A stretch of 64,000 bases of DNA from an uncultured Selenomonadaceae bacterium (GTDB taxonomy: Bacteria; Bacillota; Negativicutes; Selenomonadales; Selenomonadaceae): NCBI GenBank assembly GCA_905234365.1, contig CAJOHI010000007.1:11343-75342 (forward strand). The letters run 5' to 3'. Position 1 is the stretch's first letter. Each line of letters starts with the position of its first letter. Position numbers and translations under genes: made by a program. The notes beneath the pieces were generated by a model. It saw nothing but the letters and a program-made list of their open reading frames with translations. It had not been told where the DNA came from and did not search any database. Below are positions 1 through 9,573 of this stretch, piece by piece.

Positions 1-1055
1 AAGGTTCAAATACATGCTTTTGAAATTCCTTACTCATTCCAATGCCGTTGTCTCTGACGTGAAATGTATAATTAGCAAAACCTTCAGGTGCTCCGACTTT
101 CTCGACAATCCTAACGCTGATTGTGCCGCCAGGTGCAGTAAATTTAAATGCGTTGCTCAAAAGATTCAGCAGCACTTGATTTAATTGCAATTTGTCACAA
201 AAAATATCTTCGTTGATGACATCAAGAGTATTAATATTAAATTTTATTCGTTTTGACTTAATATCAGACTGCACAATCGCTTTCAAATCTCGCATTATAT
301 CAGATAAATTACATTCATGCTCCTCAATGCGAACCTTTCCGCTTTCAATTCGGCTCATGTCAAGTACATCGTTAATAAGACTTAAAAGGTGTTTGCTCGA
401 CGTTAAAATTTTTGACAGATAATCCTTTACTAAGTCTTTATTATCCATGTGGTTTAATGCAAGGTTGGCAAAACCCATAATTGCATTCATCGGCGTTCTT
501 ATGTCGTGACTCATATTGTTTAAAAATGCAGTTTTTGCCTTACTTGCATGTTGCGCCTGTCTCAATGCGTCAGAAAGTAATTTATGTTGCTTTCTGTGCA
601 GTAATGTCAACGAACATTCCGATATAAGTTATCGGCGTTCCGTCTTCTCGCCTTGATAATTTGCCGGTTGCTCGATACCAGCGCCAGCCTCTGTCTTTAG
701 TCTTTAATTGATATTCAACATCATAAGTTTTGGAACCTGTATAATCTGCAATGGTGTCGTAATATTCTTTTAGTACTCGTTCTTTATCGTTTGGGTGAAG
801 TAGATTTGACCAAGATTCCAACTCATTAGGAAAATCATTTTTGTCGTTGTAACCTATCATTTGGCGAAATTCATCGCTCCAGTAAACCTTAGTCATTTTG
901 CCATTTTTATCAAAATCCATCGCCCATTTGCCGGAACCAAGCATATCGTGCATTATATTAAAAGCAAGAGACTCACGCTCCAAAAGTTCAATACGTTTCT
1001 TTTCCATAAGACATCTCCAATCTTGATTTAGTCCGCAATTTGCATTACTAATCAC
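1..1055 (-). pseudogene. PAS-HisKA-HATPase sensor histidine kinase with its frame broken near 590; the C-terminus runs off the window
   Basis: ORF 582-1055 is a PAS-type sensor ending FVDITAQKAT-stop. A frame offset by one base stays open from ~600 down to position 1. It reads RKQHKLLSDALRQAQHASKAKTAFLNNMSHDIRTPMNAIMGF (H-box), QVLLNLLSNAFKFT (N-box) and RDNGIGM (G1). The first Met of that frame lies inside the H-box and there is no RBS, so one gene with a 1-nt indel is the simplest reading. Confidence 0.6.
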
Positions 1056-1067
1056 AATTTTAAATGC

Positions 1068-3107
1068 TTAATTCATTTTATTTATGTGTTCGTTGATTGT
1101 AGATATTAAATGTGCAATATCAAAAGGTTTTGCGACGTGACTATCCATGCCGCTTTCCAAACTCATCTTTTTATCTTGTTCACGTGCATTGGCGCTGAGA
1201 GCAATTATCGGCAATGTTACGGTATCTTCGCGCCCTAATGCTCTGATTGCTCTGGTTGCTTCGTAGCCATTCATAACAGGCATTTGAATATCCATTAGTA
1301 CTAAGTCATAATAATTTTTTGAATGATTCTTTATTGCGTCAACTGCATCGCAGCCGTCCGGCACCGACTCAACTAAAAAGCCGCTTTCAGTTAAAATTGT
1401 CTCTGCCAGCATTCGATTGACTTCTATATCTTCAACGAGTAAAATTCTATATTTGCCGGCTGCTTTAAAATCTTGCTTCGATTCATTGTCAACTGATTTT
1501 GTATCTTGCGGCAATTCTTCACTTTGCACAAGTTTAAGCGGTAAATCAACAGTAAATTTGGAGCCTTCGCCTTTTTTACTCTTAACGCTGATTGAGCCGC
1601 CCATAATATCTAAAAGTTTTTTCGTAATGGAAAGACCTAGACCTGTTCCAATATATCCGGTCTGCGTTGAAGTTTCTTCACGTTCAAAGGCAGAAAAAAC
1701 TCTCTGCAAAAATTCTTCACTCATACCAATACCGTTATCTTCTATAGAAAATTCATAACGAGCGTAACCGGATTGCGAAACTCGTTTTTGGCGTGCTTTG
1801 ACTTTAATAATTCCGCCTTTATGCGTGAATTTAATTGCATTTCCAACCAAGTTTGTCATAATTCGACGGAAACGAACCACATCAATGAGAACTTCCTGCG
1901 GCGGCAAATTTATTTCCTCAACGAATGAAAGATTTTTTTCCTCAATCTGCGCTTTAAACATATCGAAAACAATATCTAACTGCTTATTTAAATCGCAGGC
2001 TTCTGTTTTAATTTCGATTTTGCCGTAGTCAATCTTGCTCATCTCTAATAAATCGTCAATGAGTGCAAGCATGTGACGATTAGATTCGTCAAGTTTTTCA
2101 AGATAGTCTGATAAAAGTTCAGGTTCATTAATGTGGCGTTTAGCAAGCGCAGTAAATCCCATAATCGCGTTCATCGGCGTTCTAATATCATGCGACATGC
2201 TGAATAGGAACGAAGCTTTAACTTCGTTTGAATGTTTTTCACGCTCAAGCGCTATTTCCATATTGAGTTTTTCCGCTAAGTCTTTCTGCAAGCGAAGAAT
2301 TTGTTCTGTCACGTCACTATAGCCCATAACAACTTGTTGATAATTTGACTCGTCTTTAATCGCGACGACGGATACTTCCATATTAATGACATTGCTGCCA
2401 ACACCTTTACATCTAAAGCTGAATTTATATGAATCTTCAGCCTGCAGTCTCTCAATAATTCGTTCTCGGCTAATTTCTTTTAAATAAAGATTCCTATCTT
2501 CTTCAATAACGTAGCGTTTAGCATATTCCGAGAAAATTATCATCCAGTCTTGTTCTTCGTTATCGCTGATATTTAGACTTTTGACGATTTCATTAAAATA
2601 GCTGTTTTGAAGTCTATACGGCCGCATGGTTCTGGTATTCAAATTTAAAAGATAAATCGAATTAAAACCTATGCTTAAACCTTCAATGACTTTTGCACGT
2701 CTTACACTTTCGGCGCGTGCCTTTCTTTGATGAGTAATGTCACGGATAAAGACAAAATACACGTCACCATATTTTTCAGTGTGGACGAGCCGACCATAGT
2801 CATCAACCCAACGCACTACGCCATCTTTACGAGTGATACGAAATTCAACATAATCCAGCTTTTTATCATTCTCTGCAATTTGATTCTTAATATTTTTTTG
2901 AACTTCTTCAAAATCTTCAGGGTAAACAAGACCTTTAAAAGTATAGCCTGTCAATTCCTTAAATTCGTCAAGTGTCTTGCAGCCAAAGATTTCTAATAAA
3001 ACGTCGTTGGCATATAAAATTTCTTCTTTATCATCAGCATGATATACAAAGAAACCACCGGGCATTTTTGCTGCAAATTCTTCTGTGTTAAAATTTGTTT
3101 CGTTCAT
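1068..3107 (-). CDS. hybrid sensor histidine kinase (PAS - HisKA - HATPase_c - REC)
   Basis: 679-aa ORF with a PAS-like N-terminus, H-box SHDIRTPMNAIMGF, N-box NLVGNAIKFT and G-boxes DNGIGM / GTGLGLSI. The C-terminal receiver reads ILLVEDIEVNR...LVLMDIQMPVMNG...VAKP. Confidence 0.9.
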   Translation of the reverse strand: MNETNFNTEEFAAKMPGGFFVYHADDKEEILYANDVLLEIFGCKTLDEFKELTGYTFKGLVYPEDFEEVQKNIKNQIAENDKKLDYVEFRITRKDGVVRWVDDYGRLVHTEKYGDVYFVFIRDITHQRKARAESVRRAKVIEGLSIGFNSIYLLNLNTRTMRPYRLQNSYFNEIVKSLNISDNEEQDWMIIFSEYAKRYVIEEDRNLYLKEISRERIIERLQAEDSYKFSFRCKGVGSNVINMEVSVVAIKDESNYQQVVMGYSDVTEQILRLQKDLAEKLNMEIALEREKHSNEVKASFLFSMSHDIRTPMNAIMGFTALAKRHINEPELLSDYLEKLDESNRHMLALIDDLLEMSKIDYGKIEIKTEACDLNKQLDIVFDMFKAQIEEKNLSFVEEINLPPQEVLIDVVRFRRIMTNLVGNAIKFTHKGGIIKVKARQKRVSQSGYARYEFSIEDNGIGMSEEFLQRVFSAFEREETSTQTGYIGTGLGLSITKKLLDIMGGSISVKSKKGEGSKFTVDLPLKLVQSEELPQDTKSVDNESKQDFKAAGKYRILLVEDIEVNRMLAETILTESGFLVESVPDGCDAVDAIKNHSKNYYDLVLMDIQMPVMNGYEATRAIRALGREDTVTLPIIALSANAREQDKKMSLESGMDSHVAKPFDIAHLISTINEHINKMN

Positions 3108-3125
3108 ATAATCACAACTCCAATT

Positions 3126-5381
3126 TTATTTAATAACACGGTTCAAAGTTTCAATCATCTTGCTCACATCAATAGGTTTAGCAATGTGGTCATTCATTCC
3201 GGCTTGTCTTGCCGCTTGAATATCTTCACTGAAAGCATTAGCCGTCATAGCAATAATTGGAATGTTAGCAAGTTTAGGATTTTCAAGTTTTCTTATCGCC
3301 TGTGTTGCCTCGTAACCATTCATAACAGGCATTTGAATATCCATTAAAACAGCATCATAATCGCCGACTTTTGACGCTGCAACTTTCTCAACCGCATCTT
3401 TACCATCGACTGCCGTATCGACAATAAAACCTGCTTGCATTAAAATCATCACTGCAATTTCTCTGTTTACTTCAATATCGTCGGCAAGCAGTAATTTTTT
3501 CGGCATATCAGCTTTAGATTCCGTTGCTTCTTTTGGATTTTCCTCAACGACGGTTTCTTCTTCCTCAACTTCGCCGATCTCAAATTTAACATTGATTATA
3601 AATTCAGTACCTTTGCCTTGCTCTGTCACTACGTCAATGGTTCCATTCATTAAATCGACAATGTTTTTTGTAATTGACATTCCTAAGCCGGTTCCTTGAA
3701 TGCCGCTGACGGTTGAGGTGCGTTCACGTTCAAAGGCTTCAAAAACTTTTTCGGCAAATTCCGGCGACATTCCAATACCGGTATCTTTTACACGCAATTC
3801 ATAAGCGCCAAATTTTTTATCATCATTTTCAAGCTGCGTCAACTTAACAGTAATTTTGCCTTCTTTCGGTGTGAATTTATAAGCATTGCTCAAAAGATTC
3901 AAAAGCACGCGATTTAAACGATTTTTGTCGCAAAGCACAAATTTATCTTTAACATTTGAAGTATCAACAGTAAAATCAATATTTTTCGTCTGCATTTGAG
4001 TCAGAAACATATCATAAACTTCGTCAATAGTTTTAACCAAATTGGTGTTAATCGGATCGAGTTCCATTTTGCCGCTTTCAATGCGTCCCATTTCCAAGAC
4101 ATCGTTAATCAATGCGAGAAGGTGCTGGCTGGACGTATCAATTTTTATAAGGAACTCTGCAATTTTAGAAGGTATACCGTCAGGACATTTCGGTCGAGTG
4201 CATGTATCGCAGTTTGACCTCAATCTTTTTGCTAATTCAACATAACCCATGATGGCATTCATAGGTGTTCTTATATCGTGGCTCATGTTAAATAAAAACT
4301 TAGTTTTTGCTTGACTGCTTTCTTCAGCGTGAATTTTTGCAGAAATTAATTCTTCTTGCTGCTGTTTAAGTTGTTCCTGCTGAGAATTAATAGTTTCCAG
4401 ATTTTCTTGAAGGCGATTTGTATAAGCCTCACGAACTTGAGAATTTCTATATTGAATAATCGTAAACAGAATCAAAAACATAACCACTAACGTTGCAAAC
4501 GTAATGGAAGCAAGCAGCCACGGACGATTCTCAACCATTTCTGAAAGTGTCATATTTTCATAACGGTGACTGATCCATTTTTTGTCGAGTTCAGCAAGTC
4601 GACCTTCCTGCTGCATTTGTATTAAAACCGCGTTGACATTGACGCGAAGCATGGTATCTTCAGGGTGCATTGCGAGAGTACCGTAAACGTGCATGACGGC
4701 GTAACTCGGAAATACATCTTCAATTTGATATTTTTCTAAAAAGACATTGCCGACCTGTATAGGACAAATAACAAACTCAAATTCGCCTTTTTTAAGTTCC
4801 TCAAACATCAACTCATAAGAATCAACGTAAGTAATTTCATCATCAAGACCAAGACCAGGCATTGGGTGCAATGAAGCGACACGGCGACCGTAAAGTTCGG
4901 CAACCGAAGAAATGGAATTATGACCATAAACTACATATTGTTTTTCAGTCGTCGGAAGTGTTGCAATTATATTTCGATTATTGATAATTAAATCGGATTC
5001 CATATTCATGATTATATCTGCTTCTTCGTCCAAAAAGTATTGATTGGCTGAAGTCCAACTCATTAGTTTTAAATCAAGGTTCATTTGCAGACGATTGGCA
5101 ATTTCGTTCATTAATTCAACATCAAGACCGGTATATTGACCATTCTCATCAATATAAGAGTATGGCGCATAATCCATGTCTGTTACAACATACAAAGTCT
5201 TATTAAAACGATTTTCTGCTTTTACTTCAACTTTAGGTGCAGATCTAAAACTATCGGACAGATAAAAATAAAATATCAGAAAAATAAGTGCTAATAACAA
5301 AGGTAATGCAAGGATTATTCGTAAAACATTACTTTTTTTATCAAAATAGCTTTTTTTAAGCATATCCGTAGAATTATTCAT
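3126..5381 (-). CDS. hybrid sensor histidine kinase with a periplasmic solute-binding (SBP_bac_3-like) sensor domain and a C-terminal receiver
   Basis: 751-aa ORF. An N-terminal TM helix is followed by YVVTDMDYAPYSYIDENGQYTGLDVELMNEIA (amino-acid-binding-protein fold) and a second TM helix. Then come H-box SHDIRTPMNAIMGY, N-box LLSNAYKFT, DTGIGM / GTGLGMSI, and receiver LLLADDIEVNR...LMDIQMPVMNG...IAKP. Confidence 0.9.
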   Translation of the reverse strand: MNNSTDMLKKSYFDKKSNVLRIILALPLLLALIFLIFYFYLSDSFRSAPKVEVKAENRFNKTLYVVTDMDYAPYSYIDENGQYTGLDVELMNEIANRLQMNLDLKLMSWTSANQYFLDEEADIIMNMESDLIINNRNIIATLPTTEKQYVVYGHNSISSVAELYGRRVASLHPMPGLGLDDEITYVDSYELMFEELKKGEFEFVICPIQVGNVFLEKYQIEDVFPSYAVMHVYGTLAMHPEDTMLRVNVNAVLIQMQQEGRLAELDKKWISHRYENMTLSEMVENRPWLLASITFATLVVMFLILFTIIQYRNSQVREAYTNRLQENLETINSQQEQLKQQQEELISAKIHAEESSQAKTKFLFNMSHDIRTPMNAIMGYVELAKRLRSNCDTCTRPKCPDGIPSKIAEFLIKIDTSSQHLLALINDVLEMGRIESGKMELDPINTNLVKTIDEVYDMFLTQMQTKNIDFTVDTSNVKDKFVLCDKNRLNRVLLNLLSNAYKFTPKEGKITVKLTQLENDDKKFGAYELRVKDTGIGMSPEFAEKVFEAFERERTSTVSGIQGTGLGMSITKNIVDLMNGTIDVVTEQGKGTEFIINVKFEIGEVEEEETVVEENPKEATESKADMPKKLLLADDIEVNREIAVMILMQAGFIVDTAVDGKDAVEKVAASKVGDYDAVLMDIQMPVMNGYEATQAIRKLENPKLANIPIIAMTANAFSEDIQAARQAGMNDHIAKPIDVSKMIETLNRVIK

Positions 5382-5491
5382 TGTAAAATCTTCTCCAAAC
5401 CGAAAGTCAAAACCTTAACGAATCATATAATTAATTATAAAGTATTGTATATTGGTTTTGCAAGTATTTTAGCAAAATAATGAAATATAAC

Positions 5492-5520
5492 TTGCATTGA
5501 TAAAATTAAAACTTTATAAT
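5492..5520 (+). promoter_or_regulatory. sigma-70-like promoter for the binding-protein gene
   Basis: TTGCAT - 17 nt - TATAAT, just upstream of AGGAGG (5538-5543). Confidence 0.4.
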
Positions 5521-5551
5521 AAATGTAAATATATTTTAGGAGGTGATCTTT

Positions 5552-6592
5552 ATGTGTAAGAGAAGTATTTCAATTCTCTTGCTGCTGACGATGATGATTG
5601 TTTCGTTAGTTGCAAGTGGCTGCGGCGATGACTCGCAGAATGCTTCAACAAATCCCAATTCTTCTGGCAACTCCGGTAAAAAATTAGTCATTTACACTTC
5701 AATGAAAGAATCACTAATTGGTGGCATAGTTACAGGATTTAAAGCGAAATATCCAGATATTGACGTGGATTATCAGTCGGCAGGCGCCGGAAAAATTATG
5801 GCAAAACTTGCTGCTGAACAACAAAGTGGTCACATTATGGCGGATATAATTTGGACAAGTGAAGTACCGGACTTTTATCAAATGAAAAATGATGGAATGC
5901 TGGAAAAATATCAACCAAACGGCTTTGAAGAACTTTTAAATCCTTTTGATGATTATGATGGCTCATTCACGGCAGCAAGATTTGGTACGCTTGGAATAGT
6001 AATTAACACTGAAAAAATCACAAAACCGCCTACAACTTGGGAAGAAATTGCAACGGACCCTGCTTATAAAAATTCTTTTGGAATAGCCGATCCTGCACTT
6101 TCCGGCACCGCTTATATGAGCGTTGCACTGCTTGAAAAAGAATTTGGCTGGGATTATCTCGTCAGATTGCATGATAATGGCGCAATTAAAAGTAAAGGTT
6201 CCGGCCGAGTTATCGACGACACTGCTACCGGCACTTTAAAGGCATGTCTTGGCGTTGATTATATAACTGCAACCAAGATTGATAAAGGTTCAACGTTGAA
6301 GATGATTTATCCAAAAGAACTTTTAATGGTTCCAAGTCCTGTTGCGATTTTGAAAAATGCAGATCATGTTGACTCAGCAAAAAAATTTATCGACTATGTT
6401 TTAACTCAAGAAGCACAGCAAAAAGTAGCTGACGCCGGAACCGTTCCTATCCGCAGCGATGTTAAGATGCCTGAGAAATACAATTTGCCGACACCGGAAG
6501 AAGCGCTGGAAAATGGAATTAAAATCAGCTATACCGAAATATTGCCTAAAAAAGAGGAGACAATTAAAAAATTCTCTGAACTCTTTAAATAA
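5552..6592 (+). CDS. ABC-transporter extracellular solute-binding lipoprotein (iron(III)/thiamine-type SBP family), orphan
   Basis: AGGAGG lies 8 nt before ATG 5552 (the track ORF starts at GTG 5543). It has a signal peptide plus lipobox LVASGC. LVIYTSMKESL...AGAGKIMAKLAAEQQSG...DIIWTSE is typical of FbpA/AfuA-like SBPs. No permease or ATPase gene is adjacent. Confidence 0.75.
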   Translation: MCKRSISILLLLTMMIVSLVASGCGDDSQNASTNPNSSGNSGKKLVIYTSMKESLIGGIVTGFKAKYPDIDVDYQSAGAGKIMAKLAAEQQSGHIMADIIWTSEVPDFYQMKNDGMLEKYQPNGFEELLNPFDDYDGSFTAARFGTLGIVINTEKITKPPTTWEEIATDPAYKNSFGIADPALSGTAYMSVALLEKEFGWDYLVRLHDNGAIKSKGSGRVIDDTATGTLKACLGVDYITATKIDKGSTLKMIYPKELLMVPSPVAILKNADHVDSAKKFIDYVLTQEAQQKVADAGTVPIRSDVKMPEKYNLPTPEEALENGIKISYTEILPKKEETIKKFSELFK

Positions 6593-6617
6593 AAACTTCC
6601 TAATCAAAATAAAAAAT

Positions 6618-6642
6618 GTCCTCTCGCAGGACTTATTTTTTT
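6618..6642 (+). terminator. rho-independent terminator after the SBP gene
   Basis: Stem GTCCT-ctcgc-AGGAC followed by TTATTTTTTT. Confidence 0.5.
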
Positions 6643-6735
6643 GGTAAAAGCGATTTTAATAATCAAAGTAAAAAAATTTGCACATTAATTGCGTTATAAT
6701 TTAATTGTAAGATTAAAAGCAAAGGAGAATGACAA

Positions 6736-7587
6736 ATGTATGTTTCAAGAGATGATTTGATTGATGTTTTTGAGGATACTGAAAAATTGTATCAAACTGA
6801 CGAGACGCTGAGAAAGTCTATTGCAGACTCAATCGCAGGCACTAAAATTTACATGGAAGGCGAGATGCCAATTTTACCGCAAAAAAAATTCACTGATAAC
6901 ACTAATGTCACAGTAAATAAGTATCGCACATTTGAAACGGCTCAATTTTTCAAACGCAAGTATCCTGAATTGAAAGTCGCCGTATTAAACTTTGCCTCAG
7001 CTACTAATCCAGGCGGCGGCGTCACTCATGGCAGTCGAGCGCAAGAAGAAGCACTTTGCCGCTGCTCAACTCTTTATCCGACTTTAAAAACTAAAACTCT
7101 CTGGAAAAAATATTACGAATTTCACCGCAATCGTCAAGATGTTCTCTATACTGACGCTTGCATTTATACGCCTGATATTTTGGTTATTAAATCTGATGAA
7201 TCAATACCTCAACGTATGCCAACTGACAAATGGATTAAAGTTGACGTTTTAACTTGTGCTGCACCGAATCTCAGAGAAATTCCTAATAAAATGAATCCAG
7301 TCAGTGATAAGACTGTTCGTGTCAGCGATAATGAACTTTTTGAAATTCACATTCAACGTGCCAAACAAATTATATCTGTTGCCGCTCATCATGACGTTGA
7401 TATTTTAATATTAGGTGCATTCGGCTGCGGTGCATTCAGCAATAAACCTAGCGTGGTTGCAAATGCTTATTCGGAAGTTATTCCCCGATTTAACGGCTAT
7501 TTCAAGGAAATTTGTTTTGCAGTATACTGTCCGCCAAAATCCGGCGACGAAAATTTCAAGGCATTTGATAAGGTTTTCAAAAAATAA
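6736..7587 (+). CDS. bacterial-type poly(ADP-ribose) glycohydrolase-like macrodomain protein (TIGR02452/DUF2263 family)
   Basis: 283 aa. NFASATNPGGGVTHGSRAQEEALCRCSTLY carries the PARG signature GGG-X7-QEE. GGAG RBS before the ATG. Confidence 0.75.
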   Translation: MYVSRDDLIDVFEDTEKLYQTDETLRKSIADSIAGTKIYMEGEMPILPQKKFTDNTNVTVNKYRTFETAQFFKRKYPELKVAVLNFASATNPGGGVTHGSRAQEEALCRCSTLYPTLKTKTLWKKYYEFHRNRQDVLYTDACIYTPDILVIKSDESIPQRMPTDKWIKVDVLTCAAPNLREIPNKMNPVSDKTVRVSDNELFEIHIQRAKQIISVAAHHDVDILILGAFGCGAFSNKPSVVANAYSEVIPRFNGYFKEICFAVYCPPKSGDENFKAFDKVFKK

Positions 7588-7968
7588 TCACTTGTCAGGT
7601 TTTTCGCCCGGAATATCTTTGATTGCGTCAACGCCTCTATGACCGGTGCGAATCCTCACAGCGTCGTTTAATTCGTAGACAAAGATTTTGCCGTCACCGA
7701 ATCTGCCTGTTTTTAAAACTTTTTGTGCCGTCTCAATAACCAACTCAACCGGCACTTCGCAAACAACAGTCTCAACTTTAATTTTTGGCACCAGGTTAAT
7801 ATCAAATTCTTTGCCGCGAAACATTTCTTTATGACCTTTTTGAAGACCGCAGCCATAAACTTGACTGACAGTCATTCCAAGTACGCCTATATCATTCAGC
7901 GCATCTTTTAATTCGTCGAGTTTTGATGGACGTGTGATAATTTCTATCTTTGTGATTTTCTGTTCCAT
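7588..7968 (-). CDS. glnK: P-II nitrogen regulatory protein
   Basis: 126 aa with a P-II fold sequence (GMTVSQVYGCGLQKG...GDGKIFVYEL...VRIRTG). It lies immediately downstream of amtB on the same strand. Confidence 0.9.
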   Translation of the reverse strand: MEQKITKIEIITRPSKLDELKDALNDIGVLGMTVSQVYGCGLQKGHKEMFRGKEFDINLVPKIKVETVVCEVPVELVIETAQKVLKTGRFGDGKIFVYELNDAVRIRTGHRGVDAIKDIPGEKPDK

Positions 7969-7989
7969 TTAATTATCCCCAATCAAAAT

Positions 7990-9231
7990 TTATAATCTGA
8001 TATTATATCCGTGTTCGCCATGCTCATATACATCGAGTCCGATAATTTCTTCGTCTTCGTCAACACGAATGGTAAAAAACTTGCTTACGAATTTGAACAG
8101 GATTATTGATCCGACAACTGCAAAAATTATTGCAACTAAAATTGAAATTAATTGAGCAATAAGTAAATCTGTTTCACCGTAGAATAAACCGTTAGCACCG
8201 TCAGGATTAATTGCTGTCGTCGCCCAAAGTCCAGTCGCGATTGCTCCCCACATTCCACCGACGCCATGAACACCAAATGCGTCAAGTGAATCATCATATC
8301 CGAAACGCTCCTTGAGAATTGCAACTGCAGTATAGCAGACAGCACCGCCGATTAATCCGATTGCGATTGACGGCAGGACATCGACAAAACCGGCAGCAGG
8401 AGTTATGGCGACTAATCCTGCAATTCCACCGGAAACTGCACCAATAACTGTTGGCTTGCCTTGACGAATCCATTCCGGCAACACCCAGCCAAGAACACCG
8501 GCAGACGCCGCAGCTTGAGTTACTACAAAAGCATTGGCAGCTAAACCATTCGCGCCGAGTGCAGAACCAGCATTAAATCCGAACCACCCAAACCAGAGAA
8601 ATGCAGCACCGATAACTGTCATTGGCACATTATGAGGAACCATAGCCGTCTTTCCATATCCGCGACGCTTTCCAAGAAGTATGCAAATTGTCAGACCACT
8701 TACACCGCTCAAAATGTGAATTACAAGACCACCTGCAAAATCTAATGCGCCGAGTTGTGCTAAAAATCCGCCGCCCCATACCCAATGCGCCATAGGATTA
8801 TAAATCAGAACTGCCCAGAGGAGCATTAAAACGGCAAAACCTGTGAATCTCATTCTTTCTGCAAAAGCACCAGTTATCAGCGCAGGTGTCAGAGCGGCAA
8901 ACATACATTGAAACGCGATAAACGCAAGTTCAGGAATTGTGCCACCTTCCAAAATATTGTATCCTACTCCGATTAATCCAAATTTTGACAAATCACCGAT
9001 TAAGCCGTTGACATCAGGACCGAAAGCCATCGTGTAGCCAATCAGTATGAACTCAACGCTGACCATTCCGAGAATAAACATTGACTGCATAATTGTCGTT
9101 AAAACATTTTTGCTGCGAACCATACCACCATAGAAAAGTGCAAGAGCCGGTGTCATTATGAAAACTAACGCGGCACTAATCAGCACCCAAGCTGTATCGC
9201 CCATATTAATTGCTGCATTATCCATGACCAA
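7990..9231 (-). CDS. amtB: ammonium transporter
   Basis: 413 aa, multi-TM, Amt family motifs (FYGGMVRSKN, DFAGGLVIH, GVHGVGGMWGA). Confidence 0.95.
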   Translation of the reverse strand: MVMDNAAINMGDTAWVLISAALVFIMTPALALFYGGMVRSKNVLTTIMQSMFILGMVSVEFILIGYTMAFGPDVNGLIGDLSKFGLIGVGYNILEGGTIPELAFIAFQCMFAALTPALITGAFAERMRFTGFAVLMLLWAVLIYNPMAHWVWGGGFLAQLGALDFAGGLVIHILSGVSGLTICILLGKRRGYGKTAMVPHNVPMTVIGAAFLWFGWFGFNAGSALGANGLAANAFVVTQAAASAGVLGWVLPEWIRQGKPTVIGAVSGGIAGLVAITPAAGFVDVLPSIAIGLIGGAVCYTAVAILKERFGYDDSLDAFGVHGVGGMWGAIATGLWATTAINPDGANGLFYGETDLLIAQLISILVAIIFAVVGSIILFKFVSKFFTIRVDEDEEIIGLDVYEHGEHGYNIRL

Positions 9232-9573
9232 ATCATCTCCGTTTGAGAATATCAGGTCGACCTATGAAGCAATTTTAATTTCAAAAACTCATTGTGTCAA
9301 TGCTTTTAAGCCTTGTATACCTTAATACACTAAAGAATATTGAATGTTGAATATTTGTATTCAATACACATTAAAATTGTGAGGTGATATATATGATTTA
9401 TGTTATATCAACATTCATGGACACCAGTATAATTTAGCGGTCTATGATGAAACTCGACTTTATCTTTCTTTGTCACTTGAGCATATGGGTTATAAACCGC
9501 TTACGATTGATAATAAAAGATTACTATAAAATAATTTATTTAAATATTTACAAGGATCTAATTTAATTATAAT

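Noticed and set aside
192-422. The many 60-110-aa ORFs on the strand opposite to well-supported genes. Examples: 192-422, 1417-1758, 3039-3347, 19110-19541, 35270-35581, 49019-49339, 50322-50636, 62107-62670
   Set aside because: They lie entirely within longer ORFs that have clear family motifs. They lack an RBS and have biased, low-complexity composition typical of antisense frames in AT-rich DNA.
9393-9437. A 14-codon plus-strand mini-ORF (MIYVISTFMDTSII) behind a GAGGTGA RBS in the mutS/amtB intergenic region. Inverted repeats lie nearby: TTGAATA-tttg-TATTCAA, and TGAATGTTGA paired with TCAACATTCA
   Set aside because: It is too short and unsupported to call a gene. The repeats may be an amtB-glnK operator or attenuator, but I could not match them convincingly to a TnrA/GlnR (TGTNAN7TNACA) or other known site by eye.
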